Source of the DNA: a virus
Lineage: Duplodnaviria > Caudoviricetes
Reading direction: 5' to 3' (one strand)
Length of the DNA stretch: 64,000 bases
Virus record (IMG/VR): IMGVR_UViG_3300033145_002422
Shown here in pieces: positions 57,231 through 64,000 of this stretch; position 1 is the first letter of the stretch, and the number at the start of each line of letters is the position of its first letter. Below the pieces are notes generated by a model. It ran no database searches. It saw only the letters and a list, made by a program, of their open reading frames with translations, and had not been told where the DNA came from. The position numbers and the translations under genes are program-made.

Positions 57231-58008
57231 TTTTATTAATAAAATAATATGCGATGATTGTTTAACAACGTTGTCAGCGATGCCTGATGATTTTATATCA
57301 TTGACTGCTTGCAGCCCTCCTTACAATTTATCGATAAAATATGGAAATCACCAGGATAATATGCCATATGATAAATATTTAGAATGGTTAAAAGATATTT
57401 TTACGCAGGTTTATAGAATAACTAAAAGTGGTGGAAGAATTGCTATTAATATAGATTCTATGACTAATAGGCAAGATGATAAAGATGAAGAATATATAAG
57501 AGCAATTTATCCGCATTTATATCAGATTATGAAAAAAATAGGATGGAAATTCAGGACAGAGATATGCTGGTATAAGCAGAATGCGGTTGGCAGAAAAACA
57601 GCTTGGGGAAGTTATAAAAGTCCTTCTTCTCCTATTATTAGAAGGAATCATGAGTATGTTTTAGTATGGTCAAAAGATAAGTGGAAATTAGATGGAGATA
57701 AATCTCTTATTGATATAACTGCTGAAGAGTTTCAAAAATGGACACTAAGTACTTGGTTTATATCTCCAGAAATAAGAAATATGGGAAATCATCCAGTTCC
57801 GTTTCCAACTGAATTAGTAAGAAGAATAGTAAAGCTATTTTCTTATAAAGAAGATATAGTTTTAGATCCATTCAATGGAAGTGGAACAACTACTTATGTA
57901 TCTAATTTGCTTAAAAGAAAATTTATAGGAATAGATGTTAACCCTGAATATTGCAAATTTGCTAGAGATAGAATAGCTTCTTCAAAGGATTTATTTGAAA
58001 ATGAGTGA
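57223..58008 (+). CDS. DNA N4-cytosine/N6-adenine methyltransferase (beta class)
   Basis: SPPYN before HPVPFP...VLDPFNGSGTT; ATG 57223 follows GGAG (track start 57208). Confidence 0.9.
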   Translation: MDNFINKIICDDCLTTLSAMPDDFISLTACSPPYNLSIKYGNHQDNMPYDKYLEWLKDIFTQVYRITKSGGRIAINIDSMTNRQDDKDEEYIRAIYPHLYQIMKKIGWKFRTEICWYKQNAVGRKTAWGSYKSPSSPIIRRNHEYVLVWSKDKWKLDGDKSLIDITAEEFQKWTLSTWFISPEIRNMGNHPVPFPTELVRRIVKLFSYKEDIVLDPFNGSGTTTYVSNLLKRKFIGIDVNPEYCKFARDRIASSKDLFENE

Positions 58009-58468
58009 TTTAGAATTTAATATAACTTTTTCTGATAATACCCTTATTGAGGGAAATGGAAACTATGAAGTTATAAAAAAAATTATGTCTGAAGATTTTG
58101 CTAATGATAGGGGGTGGATGTTAAGAACAATATGTACGTTAGAAACTGTTTCTGGTATTAGTGAATTATTATTGCATTTTTATAGTGATAAAAAAGTATA
58201 TATTATAGAATATATACCTTCGATTAAAGATGTTTTTTATAATCCTGATATCCAATGTTTGAATTTGTGGTTACAAAATAGCGGTTGGAAAGTTCCAAGG
58301 CCCAGCAAGGATTTAATTAATTCAGATAAAGAATTATGGAAGCATTTTTGGGAGGTTTATTTAATAGATTCTGAATATTTTGATCAACTATATGGAGAAA
58401 GAGAAAGTATTTATTTAAGTGATGGTGAATATAATGATAAAGATAATGATGATAATGAATTGGGGTAA
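57995..58468 (+). CDS. Hypothetical protein
   Basis: About 155-aa ORF in a packed operon (start may be 58001). Confidence 0.7.
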   Translation: MKMSDLEFNITFSDNTLIEGNGNYEVIKKIMSEDFANDRGWMLRTICTLETVSGISELLLHFYSDKKVYIIEYIPSIKDVFYNPDIQCLNLWLQNSGWKVPRPSKDLINSDKELWKHFWEVYLIDSEYFDQLYGERESIYLSDGEYNDKDNDDNELG

Positions 58469-58473
58469 ATTTA

Positions 58474-58698
58474 ATGAAAATTATTATATGTAAAAATTGT
58501 GGGCATGAAATGGTTGGATGCGATAATCATTATGGAAAATTATGTTTGAATTGTGGGTTTTTTATAGAGCCAGAATCTGATATTCAATTAGTAAGAGATA
58601 ATAAAAAAGTTAAAGAAAAATATTCATTAATTGCGATAAATAATATTAAAGATAAGTTCTTAAATAGAGGAGATAAAGATGACAATAAAATCGGATAA
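58474..58698 (+). CDS. Small zinc-ribbon protein
   Basis: CKNCG...CLNCG. Confidence 0.7.
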   Translation: MKIIICKNCGHEMVGCDNHYGKLCLNCGFFIEPESDIQLVRDNKKVKEKYSLIAINNIKDKFLNRGDKDDNKIG

Positions 58699-59242
58699 GA
58701 GTAAAGTTACATTAGATTTTGAATGTGAAATTAACAAAGAATCATATCTTGTCAAATTCCATTATACAGAAGAATTAGGGCAAACTATTTCTATATGTGA
58801 AAATAGTAGTGTTTCTACTGTTTATACTGGATACCCTGTAGATCTTTTTACTGAAATAGTTGATTTTTTACGAGCACAAAAAGTTATAGGTCATTCATCG
58901 GATATAGTTCCATCTATGTCAAAATCAAAGGATAAAGAAACTATAACTGGGAAAGAAGATAGTCCACTGCCACTGCCAATGCCTAAAGTAGATGAAGATA
59001 CCGCAGGAGATTCCGAAGTTGATGAAGTTGTATCTATAGTTGGAGATCCGGTACAATCATTTTCATCTGCAAAAACAGCTAATACTGATAAGAAACAAGT
59101 AGTTTCTAAAAATAAAGTAATTATTGAAGATGATTTAGATGGTAATGATTCAAAGATTGTAGAAGAAAGAAAACTCGCTGCTGAAAAAGCTGAGAATTCT
59201 TCTAGGAAATCTATAAAAAGATTAGATGAAAAAGAGGAATAA
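58679..59242 (+). CDS. Hypothetical protein
   Basis: GAGGAG RBS; 187 aa with a disordered C-terminal half. Confidence 0.7.
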   Translation: MTIKSDKSKVTLDFECEINKESYLVKFHYTEELGQTISICENSSVSTVYTGYPVDLFTEIVDFLRAQKVIGHSSDIVPSMSKSKDKETITGKEDSPLPLPMPKVDEDTAGDSEVDEVVSIVGDPVQSFSSAKTANTDKKQVVSKNKVIIEDDLDGNDSKIVEERKLAAEKAENSSRKSIKRLDEKEE

Positions 59243-59244
59243 TA

Positions 59245-59466
59245 ATGGAATACAATTGTAAATATTTTCCAATTAACAAATTAATTGTAAATGAAAAAGG
59301 AAACATAGAATCATTGTGTACAAAATGCCAATCAAAGGATTGTTCTAATCCAATAGAGTATAGAAAAATTAGTATTTTTGGAATAGTTCAAGAGGTAAGA
59401 TTATTTGTTAGAGGGATAGATCCAATGATTGTTTTACAGTGCGAAGGGTATGTTGATGAAAAATAA
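59245..59466 (+). CDS. Small Cys-rich hypothetical protein
   Basis: CTKCQSKDC...C; GAGG RBS. Confidence 0.65.
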   Translation: MEYNCKYFPINKLIVNEKGNIESLCTKCQSKDCSNPIEYRKISIFGIVQEVRLFVRGIDPMIVLQCEGYVDEK

Positions 59467-60259
59467 AAAACCATCTCTTTCTGATTATATAAAATTTAAA
59501 AAAAATCAAAGAGAAAAGTATCAAAGAGCAGCAATTATATCGGTAGATCATATTAATAAAATAAAGAAACATAATTCTTCTAAGGAAATCTTTTATCCGG
59601 AATATAAAGAATCTTTTGATTATGTTAATAAGATTTTTCCAAAAGCTAAAGTAAAAAATGTGTCTATTTTAATTGCTGATAGAAAGTTTTTAGATAGTTT
59701 GGGATATTCGTCTGCAAAAGGTTTTTTTAATAGATTAGAAGGGATTATAGTATTGCCGAATACGGACAAAATTGATGATAAAAAAGCATGGAAAAAGGTT
59801 ATATCATTGAGTAAGCAGGATGAAACAATAGTTCATGAACTATTACATTTTGTTTCTTCTACTCTTTCTGGGCCACCAACGAGTATGTTGGCAGAAGAAG
59901 AGTTCGCATATGGGTATTCCATTAATTATTTAAGAAGTAAAGGATATTCTGATGAATATATTATTAAGAGTATTCTTATGCCTTATTTAATTAATGATGC
60001 TATAGATAGAAGTAAAATAGCGAGAACAGCCTTAGTAAAATACGGATATGATTTAAATAAGTTTTCAATTTTATCCGATAATAAACAAGATGAAATATTG
60101 GATGAACTGGTGAATAAGAAAGATGTTTATGATATGATTGTAGAAGAAGCGGTAAAGAAGGGACAAGAACTAGTTAATGTATATTCAAGAAAAACAATTT
60201 ATATTCACGAAGACTACGATGATATAGAAAAAACAAAATATGATTTGTTAGATATATAA
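59429..60259 (+). CDS. Zincin-like metallopeptidase domain protein
   Basis: IVHELLHF followed by EEEFAY; true start probably near 59456. Confidence 0.65.
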   Translation: MFYSAKGMLMKNKKPSLSDYIKFKKNQREKYQRAAIISVDHINKIKKHNSSKEIFYPEYKESFDYVNKIFPKAKVKNVSILIADRKFLDSLGYSSAKGFFNRLEGIIVLPNTDKIDDKKAWKKVISLSKQDETIVHELLHFVSSTLSGPPTSMLAEEEFAYGYSINYLRSKGYSDEYIIKSILMPYLINDAIDRSKIARTALVKYGYDLNKFSILSDNKQDEILDELVNKKDVYDMIVEEAVKKGQELVNVYSRKTIYIHEDYDDIEKTKYDLLDI

Positions 60260-60270
60260 GGAAAATAAAA

Positions 60271-60612
60271 ATGGCAAAAGCAAAAAATAGTTCCGCTAAA
60301 AAGAAAACTAGTTCAAGAATTAGAACTGCAAAAAAACCAGTTAGGGATTTCAGCAGTAAAGAATCTATAGATATTATAAAATCTATATTTACTCCTTCAG
60401 TTGATATAGATGAAATTAATCAATTGAATAAAAATAAAGAAAAACGGAAGGCGATGGATGAAAAGAATAAAATTTTAGACGATATGATAAAAATGGATTT
60501 AATAGATGAGAATATTACTCATGAATTTAGAAAAGAAAGACTCGAAAGACTAGAAGATGCTGAGAAAGCGTCTATAGCATATCGGGAAGAAATAACAGAT
60601 GATAGGGTTTGA
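60271..60612 (+). CDS. Hypothetical protein (possibly extends through the TGA to 60786)
   Basis: 113 aa; the frame stays open for 57 more codons after the TGA. Confidence 0.7.
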   Translation: MAKAKNSSAKKKTSSRIRTAKKPVRDFSSKESIDIIKSIFTPSVDIDEINQLNKNKEKRKAMDEKNKILDDMIKMDLIDENITHEFRKERLERLEDAEKASIAYREEITDDRV

Positions 60613-60791
60613 CCAACTCATGGTAAATATGCTGATATAGTAAGCAAGATGATACAATTTAATGATATAAAAACACACGGTTCTGAAAAAGAAAATATGA
60701 ATATTTTAGATAAAACTCATCAAGATTGGCCGCGTGGGCAAATTGATGATCATATGGCTTGGGTTAGGAAGCAGTTGGAGAGTTAATAATT

Positions 60792-61076
60792 ATGCCAATC
60801 TACATTTATCGACATCCTAAAACCGGAGATTTAATAGAAGAATTGCGTCCTATGAGTGAATGTAAAAAACCATTGGTATTGGCAGATGGTACAATTTGCG
60901 AAAGAGTTTTCGGCGGAGAACAAACCATAAATAATAAAAGAAGAAGACAGTATAGGGGAGTTAGAGGGCATGAAGGTTTTGAGGTAGATCCAGATTATTA
61001 TAAGGCTTTGAATCCTAAAAAAGTTCGCTTCAAAGATGGTCATACAGAGCCGTATAATCCAGATAAGCACTGTTAA
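60792..61076 (+). CDS. FmdB-like regulatory protein (degenerate Zn ribbon)
   Basis: MPIYIYRHPKTG...ELRPMSE...CERVF resembles the MPxYxYxCxxCG family. Confidence 0.55.
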   Translation: MPIYIYRHPKTGDLIEELRPMSECKKPLVLADGTICERVFGGEQTINNKRRRQYRGVRGHEGFEVDPDYYKALNPKKVRFKDGHTEPYNPDKHC

Positions 61077-61146
61077 ATGTATTTTAAAGAAATAGTGTTG
61101 AATTAAAATCTATAATAATCCAGATAAACATTGCTAGGAGATAATA

Positions 61147-61386
61147 ATGAATCCAGAATGGGTCTACTGCGAATTATGTGATTGTGTTGCCATGATATGT
61201 CCAAAATGCGGAAATAATTGTTGCAATGGAACGTATGGGCTTGAGGGGAAATGTGATGTATGTCCAGAAGTTTACGATATGCAAGATAAGGCTTATGAGG
61301 AAGGAACTAGACCTTTAAAAGATGGTTTAAGAGTTTTACCAGATTCAATGAAAGCATTATTAGATGAATTAGATAATTCAAAATGA
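61147..61386 (+). CDS. Cys-rich small protein
   Basis: CELCDC...CPKCGNNCC...CDVC; AGGAG RBS. Confidence 0.7.
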   Translation: MNPEWVYCELCDCVAMICPKCGNNCCNGTYGLEGKCDVCPEVYDMQDKAYEEGTRPLKDGLRVLPDSMKALLDELDNSK

Positions 61387-61739
61387 AATATACAAGAAAA
61401 CAAATAATTGCTACCACTGTATTCGATGATGATATTTCTGACATGGAAACTATTGTTAATTTATTTAATACATTTTTTAAATCTACAGTTGATATATCCA
61501 TGGAAGTAAGAGATACAAAGACTAAGAATATAAAGTTTTATGAAAAAGTAAGAATTAAATCAGTAAATGAAAAAACAATAGACATTTTGATTTTTCAAAA
61601 AAGTTTTAACCTTTCTGTAAAAAGTATTCCTTTTGAGAATATCATTTCTATAAAACTTGTGACGGAAAAGCAGAATATAATAGCTGGAGATGATAAGCTT
61701 TCTAAGTTTGATTTTATAGATATCCAAGAAACAAAATAA
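61383..61739 (+). CDS. Hypothetical protein
   Basis: ATGA overlap, 118 aa. Confidence 0.7.
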   Translation: MKYTRKQIIATTVFDDDISDMETIVNLFNTFFKSTVDISMEVRDTKTKNIKFYEKVRIKSVNEKTIDILIFQKSFNLSVKSIPFENIISIKLVTEKQNIIAGDDKLSKFDFIDIQETK

Positions 61740-61759
61740 TTTATTTTAAGGAAATTATA

Positions 61760-61963
61760 ATGCGTGAAAATAAAACCAATTCTGTAATTTTAAGTGAAAG
61801 TAACATAAAGGCTTCTTCGCTTTTTTCAATGTTGTCTTATTTACATGATAAGGGTCTTATAAGTTCTAAAACTTTTTTAGAAACGTTTTCTATAGATTAC
61901 GATCAAGAACTTAATCAAATAGCTAAAGAGAACAAAGGTAACAAAGGTAACAAAGGTAAATAA
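61760..61963 (+). CDS. Hypothetical protein
   Basis: 67 aa with AAGGA RBS; LISSKTFLETFSIDYDQELNQIAKE resembles portal C-terminal helices (weak). Confidence 0.55.
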   Translation: MRENKTNSVILSESNIKASSLFSMLSYLHDKGLISSKTFLETFSIDYDQELNQIAKENKGNKGNKGK

Positions 61964-64000
61964 ATGGAAATAAGTAATAAAGATTTCGTGCATCTGCATG
62001 TACATTCAGAATATTCAAAATTTGATGGTTTAGCTACTATTAAGGGATTAGTTGCTAAGGCTAGAGAAATGGGATTTCCAGCATTGGCGATAACAGATCA
62101 TGGCAATGTTGGTAGTTTTATTAAGTTTATAAAAGAGTGTAAAGCTACTAAAGATAAAAATGATAAACTATTAAAATATCCGCCTATTAAACCTATTTTA
62201 GGAGTAGAGTTATACTTTTGTCGGAAACATACTGCTAAAAGTAAGGCAGAACAACCAGAAGAACGTTTTGGTAACAGCCATATAGTATTGTTGGCTAAAA
62301 ATTGGGATGGATACCAGAATTTATGTACTTTAGACCAAATAGGATATACTCAAGGTTTTTGGTATGATCCTAGAATTGATTTTGATCTATTAGCAAAGCA
62401 CTCAAAGGGCTTAATTTGCTCCACAGCTTGCTTAGGTGGCATTATAAATAAAAATTTGCTTCATGATAGGTATGATCAAGCTAAGAAGGCTGCTGGATTG
62501 TTTAAAGACATTTTTAAAGAAGATTTTTTTATGGAAGTTATGTTTCATGGTATGGCTGCTGAAAGAAGTATTATTCCTGATATATTCAAATTATCAAAAG
62601 AATTAGATATACCAGTCATAGCTACAAATGATTGTATATCAGGAGACTCTATGATTGTAACGGGGTCTGGGCTAAAATCTGCTACTGAAGTAAAGGCAGG
62701 AGATTTTTTATTAACTCACAATGGCAGAATGAGAAGGGTAGAGTTTGTTAACAGAAGAAAATCTAATAATATATATACTGTTCATGGGTATATGGGAGGA
62801 GAACTAATAAGGGCCACTGGAAATCATCCCATTTTGGTAGGAATGAGGAAAAGGAGTGGGACAAAGAATGTGATTCGATCATTACAGTGGATTAGTGTAC
62901 AGGATTTAACTCCAAATCATTATTTTGCCATACCAAAAATCCATTCAGAAGATATATTCTGCTCCGCGTCAGTCGAACAATCTCACATTGATGTTTTAAA
63001 ATATTATGATATTAAAAAATATCGTAGATCATCTTTCATGGAGAATGATGTTGAATATGTTTATTCTGGAAGATGTATGGATAAAAATATTCGTATCCCA
63101 CGTTGTTTACCGCTTGATAAAGCGTTTTTTGAAGTATTAGGTCTATATATAGCGGAAGGATGCGTTTCGACAGACGGATTGCAGCAACTGAATTTTGGAT
63201 TACATAAGGATGAAATTCATCTAAAGAAGAAACTTGTTGATTTTTTCTCATCTTTTGGTTTGCATCCATCAGTAAGGTGTCATGGTAATGGAGTTTGGAT
63301 TAGAGTTGTTTCAACGGTTTTTGCAGAATTATTTTCTAAATTATGTGGCAATTCTTCATCTCAAAAGCACATGCCTATATTGGAAAATAGGAATAGCTTT
63401 TTTGGTTGTTGGACAAGAGACCAGGTATCTTATATTCTATCAACATATATAGAAGGGGATGGTCATGAGCCTCTTGGCAGGAAGGCGATTTCAATCGCTT
63501 CTACATCAAAAACTCTTATTTTTGAAATCTCAGCTATATTAAATGCGTTGGGCATTTTATCGTTGCCAACAGAACGAGATTACCAGAATAGGAACAGTTT
63601 TAAAGAATGGAAGCATAAGAATCCTAATGCTAAATCATCTAATTGGAATAATACGTTTATTTTACATATATCTGGGAATAACAAATTTATACTACAGCGG
63701 TGGATTCATAGGCATAAAAATCAAGAAGTTCTTAAGGGTAAACAAAATTATTGTGAAGATGATAATTATTATTATGTAAAAATAAAGAAAATAAAGAGTA
63801 TAGAAAACGAAATGGAAGTTTATAATTTTCAAGTAGCCGAAGATGAATCCTATACAGTTAATTTTGTTTCTGTACATAATTGCCATTATATAGAAAAGAA
63901 ACATGCTAAATCTCAAGAAGTTTTGATGTGTATGTCTTCGTCTAAATGTATGCATGATCCAAAAAGACCAAAACTACCTACGGAAGAGTTTTATCTTAAG
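61964..64000 (+). CDS. dnaE: DNA polymerase III alpha subunit (5' part, PHP domain, intein-containing; runs off the window)
   Basis: Read manually: MEISNKDFVHLHVHSEYSKFDG...PALAITDHGN...KPILGVELY...HIVLLAKNWDGYQNL...STACLGG...IATND[intein]CHY...EEFYLK. Confidence 0.95.
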   Translation, partial: MEISNKDFVHLHVHSEYSKFDGLATIKGLVAKAREMGFPALAITDHGNVGSFIKFIKECKATKDKNDKLLKYPPIKPILGVELYFCRKHTAKSKAEQPEERFGNSHIVLLAKNWDGYQNLCTLDQIGYTQGFWYDPRIDFDLLAKHSKGLICSTACLGGIINKNLLHDRYDQAKKAAGLFKDIFKEDFFMEVMFHGMAAERSIIPDIFKLSKELDIPVIATNDCISGDSMIVTGSGLKSATEVKAGDFLLTHNGRMRRVEFVNRRKSNNIYTVHGYMGGELIRATGNHPILVGMRKRSGTKNVIRSLQWISVQDLTPNHYFAIPKIHSEDIFCSASVEQSHIDVLKYYDIKKYRRSSFMENDVEYVYSGRCMDKNIRIPRCLPLDKAFFEVLGLYIAEGCVSTDGLQQLNFGLHKDEIHLKKKLVDFFSSFGLHPSVRCHGNGVWIRVVSTVFAELFSKLCGNSSSQKHMPILENRNSFFGCWTRDQVSYILSTYIEGDGHEPLGRKAISIASTSKTLIFEISAILNALGILSLPTERDYQNRNSFKEWKHKNPNAKSSNWNNTFILHISGNNKFILQRWIHRHKNQEVLKGKQNYCEDDNYYYVKIKKIKSIENEMEVYNFQVAEDESYTVNFVSVHNCHYIEKKHAKSQEVLMCMSSSKCMHDPKRPKLPTEEFYLK
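62633..63880 (+). mobile_element. Intein with LAGLIDADG endonuclease (416 aa) in the DnaE PHP domain
   Basis: Starts CISGDSMIVT, block B ATGNHPI, LGLYIAEG and TYIEGDG, ends VYNFQVAEDESY...VHN followed by Cys. Confidence 0.9.

Noticed and set aside
599-63955. Numerous 60-140 aa minus-strand and nested ORFs in the track
   Set aside because: All overlap longer, motif-bearing plus-strand genes and have the composition of antisense shadows; those at 63036-63955 lie within dnaE
1-64000. Genome-wide stop-codon reassignment
   Set aside because: ORFs up to 2591 aa are intact in code 11, and TAA, TAG and TGA all occur at packed gene ends
1-64000. tRNA or rRNA genes
   Set aside because: Intergenic gaps are short and AT-rich; no cloverleaf or T-loop signature seen by eye

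Overview
AT-rich, gene-dense 64-kb segment of a very large tailed bacteriophage (jumbo/huge-phage type). Essentially all genes are on the + strand in standard genetic code, and the host is bacterial (DnaE, DnaB, IF3, GGAG ribosome-binding sites). The left two-thirds (about 0.2-43.6 kb) is a neck/tail morphogenesis module: an actin-like ATPase, Mu gp36-like adaptor, tail terminator, tail tube, frameshifted tail assembly chaperones, tape measure protein, about 9,000 aa of very large tail-tip/fibre proteins (FN3, propeller, LamG, Kelch, split vWA, poly-Ser) and three glycosyltransferases. No sheath gene is seen. The right third is a replication/host-takeover module: metallophosphoesterase, intein-containing SF2 helicase, two orphan DNA methyltransferases, IF3, AAA ATPase, DnaC-like loader, DnaB, primase Zn-finger and an intein-containing DnaE that runs off the end of the window and is missing from the ORF track. 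The most notable hidden signals are: a decayed IS200/IS605 tnpB 3' end retaining an omega-RNA-like scaffold whose would-be guide is the start of a tail gene; a -1 frameshift site with an H-type pseudoknot; a vWA domain split by about 1,900 aa; a possible sigma-factor-like large protein with candidate phage promoter motifs; an actin-like cassette among neck genes; a candidate virion glycosylation system; and an in-frame TGA in a C-P-x-H-G-like context. All product calls come from motif recognition by eye; no database searches were run.
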